From Saccostrea echinata (taxonomy: Eukaryota), in NCBI RefSeq assembly GCF_033153115.1, contig NW_026889765.1:10478001-10542000 (forward strand): a stretch of 64,000 bases of DNA. Reading direction: 5' to 3'. Of this stretch, positions 51,177-63,573 are shown in pieces. Both the position numbers and the translations under genes were made by a program. Every line of letters starts with the position of its first letter. Within the stretch, counting starts at the first letter, position 1. The notes beneath the pieces are model-generated. The model saw only the letters and a list, made by a program, of their open reading frames with translations. It had not been told where the DNA came from and ran no database searches.

Positions 51177-53577
51177 TATGGCTAGACTGAAGATCTTCTC
51201 TTTGTTGCTGACTCTGCTCTACCTGAAATTAATTTTTCTGAAGTTAACTGAAAGCTTATCAATCAATACTTCCAGGGACATATATATATACTATATGTAG
51301 TCTAATGAGAAAGGCAACTCCTTCTGCACCAAGCACGTTTATTTGCCCAAAACATCATGCACAACACTACAAGTTTTTCAAACTATGTTCATTCCCAGTA
51401 AAAGGTCTGTATTCTGATAATTAAATGTAATCTGTTCTTTTTGTTTATTGGGATGGATTTTTAAAAAATTTTAAAGCATAACTTATGAAATAATTCAGTG
51501 TCAATCTCAATGTCAGTTTAGTCAATACAATGTTGACAGCATTTGAGAAGGTTTAGATTGTAAAGATAAGCAGCAAAATGTGAAAGAACAAGTCTCTTTC
51601 TGATCAATACTGATTTTGGTGATGCAAATATTGTTTCAATATACCTAGACAGAATGTTCTATCGTTAAAATGATAAATGTCCTACTGACCCGGTTTAACG
51701 ATAGAATTCGTTCCGTGTATTGGCAATGTTGCAAAATAAACACGGGCGATAACTCGAACTCTTTGCAATTTCTATGAACAATTCAGAGAGTTCCAAATGT
51801 CAACATGGTGTTAAATTTGAAGAGAGGAAAAAACGTTGAGAAAATGAGTTGAATTTTCGTATTTATATTGATTATTTTTTAGGTTAAAAGGCATCTCAAA
51901 AAGGTTTGTTATGATTAATTTGGTAGTTATTTTCAGTGCAACTCCTTTTGTATTCTTCAAAATCATTTCGGAGTGGATCCACTCCGATTTGCTACATTGC
52001 AAGTATATGGGACGTATTCTAACTGTGGTGAGGGCCTGTCCCGAGACACAGTTAGATTATTCCAACTACAATATACCCAATTTCTCGAAAAACAAATGTT
52101 AGAATCCTGTCATTCTTAATACTTTCGCAAAGCTCTGCCTCTGGACATGATTTTTACGTTAGGTAGTACACGTATATCTACCAACAGGTCCGGTAATTCA
52201 AGTTACGTAGCTAAATGTAGTGATTGTACTGGACCTGAATCAAACAGACAAATGGGCATATGTGATATGATGACATAAGCTAAATAATATCCGAATCATA
52301 CAATTTAAAGAAGATTCAATAAAATTTGCAAAAAATGATATTTTAAAACTAAACTAAAACTACAATAATCTATTATCCGCCTATTTAAATTCTCGTTTTG
52401 ACAAAATCATGAAAATGCGTACGAAGTCTGATTGCGAGGAAATTCGGGCATATTAAAAAAAAAAACAAGATTAATATAGGGGTTTATTAAAAGGCCTGTT
52501 TCTTGGTCGTTGATTTTAATAATGAAATATTACTAAATCGAATGTTAATACCTAACTGACTAATGTATACAAACCTCTAAGAAGTAACTTAGAACTGAAT
52601 AGAAGGCTAAACAAAAACTTCGTCGTGAAATCGAGGTTGTTAAGCGATTTTACTAATTGCCAGGAAAAGTGCAAGCATACTAGGAAGAAGGATAAACTAA
52701 ATGTCTAAATATTGAAGAAAAAATATTTTGAATTTATGACATGTTAAAGGATTTTGTGTAGTATGTATTACTACGAAGTTAGCATGGTTAGGGGACGATA
52801 AAAAAAAAAAAAAAAAAAAGTAGAACGGCCAAACTCCAAAACTCTACTTCGGGAAGGGGGGGGGGGTAGTAGCACCAATCAAGGACAGGCTATTTAATTT
52901 CTCGCCAGTCGAGGACAGATTATTTATTTTCAACACTTTTGAGGACAGATTATTTAATTTATTTCCAAAATCTGTCAGCCCCCCTCAGAATCAAATGGCC
53001 ATCCCCTTATTGCACATGTTGTCAAGTTTAAAAAGATGAACCATTTTCATTGATTCCATTCTTACATTGTTTATATGAAGAGTAGGGAATAAAGCAGACA
53101 TGCAGCATTGTATTTTTTAAATAAACTGGGAGGGGAAGGAGGGGGTTGTATTGACAAGCGAAGAAATTTGTGCATAATATTCACAAATATTGTTAAATAT
53201 TATATTGGGAGACACCTTCTCATGCCAGTTAACCCCCTCTTTTTATGCCCGAAGCCTCCTTTTGAAAAAAAGTCTTGATATTCTTTCTTTTGAATCAATT
53301 TAAATCATTATTCAAGAACTGTACATTTACGAATATTGATTAAAAAGTTTGGATTTTGGAAACTGGACAGATCTAATGACACCCACAGAAACGTGCAATC
53401 CAAAGAAGTCACATGGTTATGGTTGACTCTAATTCTCATCTACTGACCTTAAGTTAATAAGATTAAGAAATTAATGTAGCTAAAAATGCTTTTGTAGATT
53501 TTTTTGTTTTCCCAGTTCTCTGCATGGCTTAATTAAATTAAACGATATTCATTTCCCCCTTCAATCTGACAATCCTA

Positions 53578-54863
53578 CACTGTAAAAAATGTGTTTAGAT
53601 GATAGACACATTTCTAAGCACATTCTTGTCACACTTTTTTTAATGCGTTTAAATATTAAACATGTTGAATTTCAGTACGCGTAATGGAAAGTGTTTTAAA
53701 CCTAAATACATACATGTTTAGAGTTTAAACGCAATTCTAAACACTTAGATTCGCGTTTAGAAGCTAAACACTTCAATGTTTTAAACAAGGATCTGCAAGA
53801 AAACCAAAAATGTAACAGGTGTGTCCGTTTCAAGTTTTATTTACTTCTAAACATCATATTAAAATGATAAAAAAGGCCTAACACACAGTAAACTGTAAAG
53901 TGTTCTCACGCAGTCACGGAATCATTGTCCGGTGGAATTCCTTTTACTTGTGAATGGTTTCCATTGTTTGTCACAAAGTCTTTTAGATGTTTTGACATAT
54001 AAAACTGTCTGGCATCTGAAGAGTTAGTAACATCCAAGTTGTTGAATTGTCTGCATTTTGTACCAGTAGCACATATATGTAAAAGACTCCAGCTATGGTG
54101 TGCTTCTTGCAGTGTGATGCAATATGGATCACTATTTCAAATCCGTCGTGATGTAAACAAAGCAGCAGGTTATCTGGATAATCTTGAAGGTATTTTCTAC
54201 GGCAGTATAATTCACATCCATATATTATCAGAAATGAATTTTGTTCTTTCTCTCGGCTATCCAATTAAGTTAACCTGTAAGAAAGGACGTACGTTACATA
54301 AGTAACAGTATGTGCTCCTCACTGAACATGCTGAAGTTTTATATCAATTACTAAGCATATAAAAAATGTTTAAATAAATATTATTGCAACTATAGATTCA
54401 ATATTTACTCTCATTAATGAATACATGATATGACACCGAAAGACATTCTTGATATAAAGTGCAATGTTATATTTACTTTGCTCATCATGTTTATTTTATA
54501 TAAAAACAAAAGCATACATACCCTATAGCAATTACAATGAGCCTTTCACATGTTTTTCACTATTTCTGCGGTGGTTGGCACTCAAATTCTCATCAGCTTT
54601 CTTGAAAACATCGTTTACTGTTTTGTTGTGATTTTCTTTGTTTCGACAACCGCGCTTATTAACGTTCAAATATGTATCATTTCCGGGAAGATAACTCTGC
54701 ACTTGACCGAATTTAAAACAAAAAAACATGTTCAATATCTAAACGCGTATAGATTTTAAATACATTTAGACATAAGTGTTTTGTTTTTAAACACAATATC
54801 AAATACGTTTAGATCTAAACACGTAATGGAAGTGTTTATTTCCTAAGCACATTTTTTACAGTG
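53578..54863. mobile_element. Non-autonomous CACTG-type (EnSpm/CMC-like) DNA transposon
   Basis: TA|CACTGTAAAAAATGTG ... CACATTTTTTACAGTG|TA with many subterminal TCTAAACAC/GTGTTTAGA-like repeats. Confidence 0.85.
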
Positions 54864-55009
54864 TAAGAAATCAAATATGTACATAAATACAATTTTATGG
54901 AAAAATGGAAAGGGGGGGGGGTGGAGAAAGAAAGACAAGATGATAATTTAAGAGTCTGCACATACTTTATTGAGATATTTAGATTATCAAAAATTTGAAA
55001 AATAAATTT

Positions 55010-55372
55010 TGAAAAGAGAGGACAACGGAGCGTTTGGACACCTCTGAATGGATGTTTCATTTACAATTTAGATCTTTTTTGACAAGGAACCCCCACCCCT
55101 GATCACTGGCGGGATGGGTGTTCCAAGGTAATACCCATTCCTGATTACTGACGGAATGGGTATTCTCAGGGCCGAAAGTTCCGTGAGACGTGTAAAATTT
55201 TTGAATAAAGATAAATTCCGTCCGCAATGCTAGCCTCAGATCTGTCTCAGAGGCCCACATCTTGGAAAATTCCATAAAAAAAAAAAATAATCCGAAAGAA
55301 GAAAGAGAATCAATTAAAAGCCAAAAACTGCGACACTGAAAAAATAAGCTCGGGTGTCCCCTCTTTGGTTCC
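55010..55372 (-). other. Conserved structured 3'UTR element of stathmin-like copy 2
   Basis: Homologous to 39412-39775; AATAAA on the minus strand at 54971-54966. Confidence 0.7.
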
Positions 55373-55452
55373 AATCAGCGTAAAAATTACAAATTATAAA
55401 ATCATTTATCCAGGTCAAAAACTTTAAAAAATGTTAAGATTTCAGATTAGAT

Positions 55453-56162
55453 TTATTCTGCAGTAAGGTTGACGTATTTCTCGAGCCTCTCCATCTCCTT
55501 GTGGGCGACATCGATCTCTTTCTGGATACGGGCTTCCTCTCTGTTCTGTTGAGCCCGCTCCTGTTTCTGGGCCTGGGTCTTCTTTTGAGACTCTGTCAAA
55601 TAGAAGAAGGTTTATGCTAATCAATATTGAAAATCGTTAGAAATATTCATTTTCAAATTTTATTAAATGCCACGAGACTCAAACGTCAACCATGCATGAT
55701 TGACCTTGATCACCCCTCTTCCCCGCTTAAGAAAATAATAATTTTCATAAGATCCTCTGAACTTTACTGTTTGTAACGTGTCACTAACACCAGATTTTCT
55801 GCACAAATTCAATACCTTGATGTGTGAGCATTTTCACGGTAAATATGTTTAAAAAAATTAAATTTTAAGAGAAATAGATATCTGACCTATTCAGAGTACT
55901 TATTTTAAGCTTCGAAAATTAGTGGATGTATTCACCAACCTTTCCATTTCTCAAAATCCTCCTTTTTGTTTTCAAGCAATTTGGGTGGAGGCATCTTTGG
56001 GGTTTCCTCTGAGACAAATGTAAGATCAAAGGCCACACCACCTTTCTTTTCTGTCACTTCCTCTGTGACCATTGTTTTCCGTACTTTCTCGTACGCCTCC
56101 ATCTCTTCTTTTGCGACACCCACTTTGTTATTTCTGGCAAAACAGCTCTGAAGGAGACCCAT
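55453..56162 (-). CDS. Small N-acylated stathmin-like protein, copy 2 (~120 aa)
   Basis: Exons 56162-55940 and 55592-55453; same phase-1 intron and nearly identical protein to copy 1. Confidence 0.75.
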
Positions 56163-56217
56163 GATCTTTTCAGAGCGGCAATTCGCTGTATCTATCAACG
56201 AATCCTGATAGAGTCTG

Positions 56218-56251
56218 TGACATCACAGTAAGAAAAATGATTATGACGTCA
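56218..56251 (-). promoter_or_regulatory. Paired CRE-like sites upstream of copy 2
   Basis: TGACGTCA (56244-56251) and TGACATCA (56218-56225). Confidence 0.6.
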
Positions 56252-56618
56252 TGATACTAACATCACTCGGCCTTTTCCGTCATACGAGAAAAAAATCTCA
56301 ACTTGACGGAAAAGACCGAGTGATGTGAGCGTCAACATATTTTGCTGCAAGAAAAAAAGATTTTTTTAAAATCCTTGTCAGCATCTGATTGAAAGCAGGC
56401 CTGAATAGCGTTGGACAGGGAAAATTTACATGCAAATTGCTGGGGGGGGGGGGGGGTCCTACGGTTCGGTAATAGGTGGATGTTGTTACACTTGGGAGGG
56501 GATCCCAATTCAGTTTAATCAAGTGCGCTTCATGTCGGACACAGCATTACTGCGCATACATATACATGTACATTTATCTATAGTAAGTTCTATAAACATT
56601 TTGCAATAATGTATCACA

Positions 56619-56933
56619 GGCACTTGGGGGCTGGACCCTCCTCCCCCCCCCCCCCTTCCATTTTTTTTTATCTTGGGATCGACACACCTTTTTCCTATTT
56701 TTGTACTCTAATATACACTACATGTTATCGATTATGTATTTCTTTTGTCTCAATAAGGTGTTTTTAAATATATCATTTTCGACCGATACATAAAAAGATG
56801 TATCAGTCAAATATGATATATTTAAAATCACCTTATTGAGACAAAAGGATTACATTATCGGAAAGGGTGTGTCGATTTCAGATTTAAAAAGAACAAAAAA
56901 TGGAAAGGGGGGGGGGTCCAGCCCCCAAGTGCC
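56619..56933. mobile_element. ~315-bp foldback MITE; a single arm also occurs at 42892-43066
   Basis: GGCACTTGGGGGCTGGACCC...GATACAT-AAAAAG-ATGTATC...GGGTCCAGCCCCCAAGTGCC. Confidence 0.85.
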
Positions 56934-59900
56934 GGTGTATTGTATCGCTGGGGTGGATCTAAAGGGGATCGGGGGTAGATCCGGACTCCACTGGAATTTT
57001 TAGAGTTTCTTATTTTTTGTGTAAAAGCAAGGACAAAAAGACCTTGAAACCCCCACCCTGAAAATTTCGGAGTGTGATATGACCCCCCCCCCCGAAAAAA
57101 AAAACGGGATCCTCCCTGTAACGCAAAGCGGTTACCCATTAAAGGGCTACACATGCTCGCTGCAACTTATTGTATCTGAAAACCGTATCACCAGAGAAGC
57201 TAGATCACAAGTTCCTTCGGGAGGCAGCAAAGATAATTTCTCTTTATCCCAAACCTCACCATGAGTCCTCTCTGAATGGATGGGACCTCTTCAGTATATT
57301 CTGCCGTCCAAGGATACTAAGTCCGAAAATGAACACAAAGTCCCATTGTCCTAGAGCTTTCTGAAGCAGGTTACCAAACACTAGAATCTCACCGCTCCTG
57401 CCAAATTTGTAACGTGAAGAGGTCATCCATTAAAGAGCTATATACAGGCTTGCCGCAGCTTAAGTTACTTGAAACTGAGGAAAACTAGCTCATGCACTAA
57501 CGAGGCAGTAGAAGTTCTCTACACTGTCCGATAGACTATATTAATCAAAATTTGAACTTTCGTTTCACGAGCGACAGAATCCAAACAAAGTGCGAGATAA
57601 ACGATCTAATCTGAAATAATTTAATTAATTTTAATTAAATTCAGCATTTTTTGATCACTGAAATATCAATGATGTATTGGAAATACAATAAAAGAAATTG
57701 TGGAATTAATAATTACCCACACGTTTAAAATATTCCGGTGTGCATGGTATCGTTTTGTAGTTGAAAAAAGAGCTATGTTTAAAATTTCTATCATCAAATT
57801 TAGAAAATAACTGATTCTGAGAAGATGCAGACTTGATATTTTTCAATTGGTCAAATAGAGATATATTGTTTGCGAGGGGTCGTAGAAAATTAATCGAAGA
57901 GGTGAAGGGTGACACACAGGACAGTCCAGGGGAGTATTTACGAGGGCTAGCTATTCGGAAATTATTGAGACTTTTGTTTCAACTCCAGAAAAGAAAGAAA
58001 TCAATTTATGAATGTTCACTATAATATGCAAAATCTCTTATGGATAGCACGATTAGATTTGTCGTTTCTTCTACATTGTGTTTTATATTTCACATGTACA
58101 CTGTAGAAGACACTTTGTCTGCAGGCCCGTAGGAAGCAATTTCACTTTGAGGGGGCACAACCATACATTTTCAGTTATTTTAAACCACATTTTACTTGAA
58201 AATGACAAGCAGAAAATACAGGCAAGTAGTACAGAAAATCAAAAAGGATTCGGAAACAAAGTTTTAAAAACTTATATACTAATAAACTTAGGGGGGGGGG
58301 GGCGCTATCAACTACCAAAATTCCTTTACAAGCAAAAGAAAGGTCATTAGACGTTATTATTGAGGGGGCATAATCATATACTAAAAGTAGCTATGTTTTC
58401 TATAGTATTCTATGTATCGGCAAAATTATTTGGGGGTTGGGGGGGGGGGTTGGGGGTTGGGGGTGGTGGTGAGGGGCGTCTGAACAGTTCTGCTCAGCTA
58501 TATACACAATTGAATGCCAAAAAGCACAGTAAATTTATTAGTCTGAATTTTAACGTTTAAATGTTGATTTCATTGATATTTATTTCTTGCATGTTCATAT
58601 ACTTGATCTTACACGTATAATGCCGTGACCAGGTTTCTGCAAAGGGGGTTGCAGGGGAAGGACTCCAAGTGGTAAACCTAGATTTTTTTTTTAAAAAAGG
58701 GGGAATGCCATTTTGTTCTGGTGGATTATGGGAGTCAATTTTTAAATAAAATTCACTCAATCTAGCAGCATTACATTAAACAGATATAAAATGATAAATT
58801 TATTTTGTTTCAGAAAGATATTTTTCTCGATTTTTTTTATTCGCAAGGGATGCATTGGGTTGCACACCCCACCCTTTTGGCAGACTTGATGTAGCGGCAG
58901 AAATATGCCACCTTACAAAGTATTGGAGAAGGAACTAATTTAATATACTATGTGTTTAAAACTATTTTTATCATTGTCAAGTTATGAACATTGTAGTTAA
59001 AAAATTGTGTACTGCTATGGATAAATTGAGAACGAGATGTTTATCATACTTGATACAAATGCTGAAGATATCAGAACATTTTCATCGTTTATTAAAAAAA
59101 GTATGTCTTTTTTTCTTTTTCATTTAAAATTTTCTTCTTCCTCGATCTTTTATTTTGAAAATGATGTGGAAGCACTTGCGTACACCTATACACGAACATG
59201 TAGCTACGCCCTCCGACCTGACTTGACTTTTAAAATACCCATTTATCTATCCCCAGCAATATTTTCTTCATGGTAGCGAGCTGAATGGATATATGCAGGA
59301 TTTTCAATCTTCTGTAGTTGGATATATGGAATTTTCTGTTTATTACATTTATTTTTTTTTCCTTTTGCCCCTATTGAGGCGCTATGACGTCATAGTTGAG
59401 CGGCTGTGCCTTGTGGTGAGAAGTTCTTCATGTGAAACCATAAACATATAAGAGATTGAAAATTGTAGACATGCAGATAACGATTTTAACAATAATTTGG
59501 AGAATCTTTGGTAATTAAAATCAGTGTCAGGATGGATCATTCACTTTCGCTATCTATAAGGTATTTTCTTCAGCATTCTTGCTGAAGGGATTAAGAGATT
59601 TGCCGCAAAGAACGAGGGCGATTTTGATTGGCATTCGGTAGGAATCTGGGCGCAATTGAAAAGTGAAAATTCCATTGATCTGTCATATAAAATTTTAGCA
59701 TTCTTTTGATGTATCGGGTTCCTAATATAGGAATAATAATAATAGGAAATGGAAATATTTTCCCGATATTGTATTTTGATTTGCTTAAAAAGAACTTGAA
59801 AATTAACTAAATGAGTCATTTGGGACAAAATGTTACATTTTTAAACACTTTTTTCTAAAAATTTGCTCTCTCTAGGTCATCTCTCTATCATTTTTATTAA

Positions 59901-60373
59901 ATATTCAAACTAAATGAAACATTTTCCCATGTGCATAACTTTGTAATGTATGTCCAGCTGTGGTCAGCCGACCAAATCGTAGAAATTTAAACTATAAATG
60001 TTTCGTACGCATTATTCCCGCAGACCACACGTCAAATACGCCCATCTTCTTTGTATTTTTTCATTATCAATGTTCTACAAGAAATTATTCTTCTGTAAAA
60101 CCTATTTTGAAAAGTTAGAAAAAGGGACAGGGAGGGGGGTTCCAAAATGTAGACAACGGCTACAATTAATTAGGGTACATGACTACATGTACAGTGGAGT
60201 CTCGTTCATCTGGACACCAATGATCCTGACGCTCCACCTTCTGGATAAAATTTGTGGGGAATAATTTATAGTTATACATGTATATATAAAGTATGTTTAA
60301 TCCGAACGCTTCATTTATAAATCCAGACAATTTGCTTGGGAACACAAACGTCCGGAATAATTATTTGTACTTA

Positions 60374-60921
60374 ATAGACACCCTTTGCCTCGGGAACACA
60401 TACATGTAATAGACTCCTTTTGATTTGCGAACAAATACATGTACATGTAAAGACTCCTTTTGCTTTAAGAACACAAACAAGTAATAGACCTCTTTTGCTT
60501 TAAGAACACGAACAAGTAATAGACTTCTTTTGCTTTGGGAACACATACATGTAATAGACTTCTTTTGCTTTGGGAACACATACATGTGATAGACTCCTTT
60601 TGCCTCGGGAACACATACATGTAATAGACTCCTTTTGCTTTGGGAACACATACATGTAATAGACTCCTTTTGCTTTGGGAACACATACATGTAATAGACT
60701 TCTTTTGCTTTGGGAACACATACATGTAATAGACTCCTTTTGCTTTGGGAACACATACATGTGGTAGACTCCTTTTGCTTTGATAACACATACATGTGAT
60801 AGACTCCTTTTGCTTTGATAACACATACATGTAATAAACTTCTTTTGCTTTGGGAACACATACATGTGATAGACTCCTTTTGCTTTGATAACACATACAT
60901 GTAACAAAATCCTTTTGCTTT
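60374..60921. repeat. 35-bp minisatellite (~15 copies)
   Basis: Unit TAGACTCCTTTTGCTTTGGGAACACATACATGTAA. Confidence 0.95.
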
Positions 60922-61390
60922 GCTGTTGTTGTTATTGTATTTGTTGTTTTCAGAATGTGTGTTCTTGTTAAACCTCATCAAAATAAAGATTGTAATATAT
61001 TAATTGTTTAACTGATTTGTTAAAAAAGACCTCTTGACCTCTTATAGGCGGTGTACCATGCATAACCGTCACTCATATTTCAGTCATTAATCTTCTGAAA
61101 GTTCACTCCGCGATCTTGAAATAATACAATAATCTTCTGAAAGTTCACTCTTGAGATGGTAATTCTTTTTTTTCTTTTTTCTTTTTTAATTTCTTGTCTT
61201 TAAAACTGTCAACCAAAGGTCAAGGTCATAGACTCCCGTTTACTTACCCGTTTGATAAAATACTTATGCATAAGTCAGGAGGTTTTATTTTATTGTTTTT
61301 AGAAATTTATATTATTACACATTTAGTCATCTCAAAAAAATTCCACAACAAGGGTGACAAAACATCAAAACACGGGACTTTGATTATTTA

Positions 61391-61422
61391 TGACGTCATA
61401 ATCAACCAATATTATGACATCA
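61391..61422 (+). promoter_or_regulatory. Paired CRE-like sites upstream of copy 3
   Basis: TGACGTCA (61391) and TGACATCA (61415). Confidence 0.6.
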
Positions 61423-61485
61423 CAAACAGTCTATCAGCGGAAGACTTTTGTTGTTGGATACAGCCATTTCTGCTCTGAAAAGACG

Positions 61486-62117
61486 ATGGGTCTCCTTCAG
61501 AGCTGTTTTGCTAGAAAAAACAAAGTGGGTGTCGCAAAAGAAGAGATGGAGGCGTACGAGAAAGTACGGAAAACAATGGTCACAGAGGAAGTGACAGAAA
61601 GGAAAGGTGGTGTGGCCTTTGATCTTACATTTGTCTCTGAGGAAACTCCAAAGATGCCTCCACCAAGATTGCTTGAAAATAAAAAGGAGGATTTTGAAAA
61701 ATGGAGAGGTATATTTATACTATTCATTAATGTTATGCTTTCAAACACGCTTTTTTGCTTAAATTACACTAAAGCAGGTAATGCTACTGGTTTGCCTAAA
61801 TATGATCATACAAGGAAACAAGAAATAATCCCCCCCTTCAAACTTGTCTTCCTGGATACCAGTGATTAGTAAGGTTAAGGCCCCATTGTTCATGTTGGTT
61901 AAATTTGCCAGCAGTCCTTACCATTATACATGTGTCTTTCAAAAATCAATAAACATTTCCCTGTTTATATTTTACAGAGTCTCAAGAGAAGGCACAAGCC
62001 GAAAAACAGGAGCGGGCTCAACAGAACAGAGAGGAAGCCCGTATCCAGAAAGAGATCGATGTCGCCCACAAGGAGATGGAGAGGCTCGAAAAATACGTCA
62101 ACCTTACTGCAGAATAA
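61486..62117 (+). CDS. Small N-acylated stathmin-like protein, copy 3 (~120 aa)
   Basis: Exons 61486-61708 and 61978-62117; AATAAA at 62609. Confidence 0.75.
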
Positions 62118-62196
62118 AAATACTTTAAGCTCCTGATAATTTCACTGTTAACGATCTGGACAATTTATTTTGAAATTTTTAATTTTCAAAACGATT

Positions 62197-62580
62197 GGAA
62201 CCAAAGAGGGAACACCCGAGCTCTTTTGCTGCAAATCTTTGTTTTGGCTATTAATTGATTTTCTTTCTTTTTTAGGCTCATACATTTTTTTTTTTTGGGA
62301 GGGGTGGAGGTGGAATTTGAATTTCCAAAATGTTGGCCTCGGAGACAGATCTGAAGCGCTAGCATGGCGGACAAAATTCAGCTTTTCAAAAATTTTCACA
62401 TCTTTCGGAACTTTCGGTTCTTTAAATACCCATTCCGTCAGTAATCAGGAATGGGTATTTCCTTGGAACACCCATCCCGTCAGTGATCAGGGATGGGGGT
62501 TCCATGTCAAAAGATCTAAATTGTAAATGAAACATCCATTTAGAGGTGTCCAATAGCTCCGTTGTTCTCTCTTTTCAAAA
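62197..62580 (+). other. Conserved structured 3'UTR element of stathmin-like copy 3
   Basis: Homologous to 39412-39775, with a compensatory change in the closing helix. Confidence 0.7.
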
Positions 62581-63534
62581 GTCTGTATTTCATTGCTAAT
62601 TATCTCTTAATAAACTAAATATAATCACTATCAATTTGTTGCATTTATTTGTCTTTTTCCCCTTTATGTTTTCCACCCATTTTCAGCTTACGTTTTCCCG
62701 TCTAGCTTAAATTTTATGGTAGTCCAGTCATTTCATAAAATTTTCACTCATAATGGAAGCCATTAGGCACTTAAGGCACGTGCCTACACTTAATTTTTTT
62801 CAAAAAAAAAAAAAACACAACTTAGAAACAAAACCGTAAAAAAGAGAGAAAATAAATGACTACATATCATTTTCGCCATTGCTATATAGAGGGATCATGA
62901 ATGTATAGATAAACACCGATCTGTGCAAAGTATAATAACCTGTAATAGTTAACCGACTGTTTCATTGTAGGACTTCTTATAAAATGTCTTGAAAAGAAAC
63001 TGGGGGGATAAGCCGAGCCATATGCCTACATAACGATCGATAAAAAATCAATAAATTCATTTTACAAAAATTTCACTTTTTGTTGAATTAATGTAATGCT
63101 TATTACCATTTGCATATAAATTTGACAAAACCTGAATACTGTAACAGCGAAAATGATTCTGATTAACACAACAAAATGGCATCACGCTCAATTTTCACAG
63201 AAACTGACATAAATTGGATGATATAATTACATTTTTTAAATAGAGTGGGTCATCGTACCATTTTTTTGAGAACGATTAATGAAAGGCAATGGAAAGATGT
63301 TACTTTTTACACTTGCAAAAATTTGGTATGAAGACCCACTCTACATAAAAAATTAAGTTAACTTACTTAAATTTTCACCGTGGTCTTAAAAAAATCTAAG
63401 TCCAAAAACGCTTGCTAAATATAGAGAACTGTATGCTATTTAAATGGAAATGTTAGTGTGACTCCGTGGTCTAGTAGTTAGCGATGAGCTCTTTAAAGGG
63501 ACGTTTATTGAGGAAAGTGTTCGAGTCATGCTCC

Positions 63535-63573
<39 letters not shown>

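Noticed and set aside
51645-52195. Bona fide cobalamin riboswitch
   Set aside because: The B12-box and other consensus motifs were not found; retained only as a structured-leader hypothesis.
60361-60981. Three overlapping minus-strand ORFs with Cys/His repeats
   Set aside because: By-product of a 35-bp minisatellite lacking stops in any frame; no gene structure.
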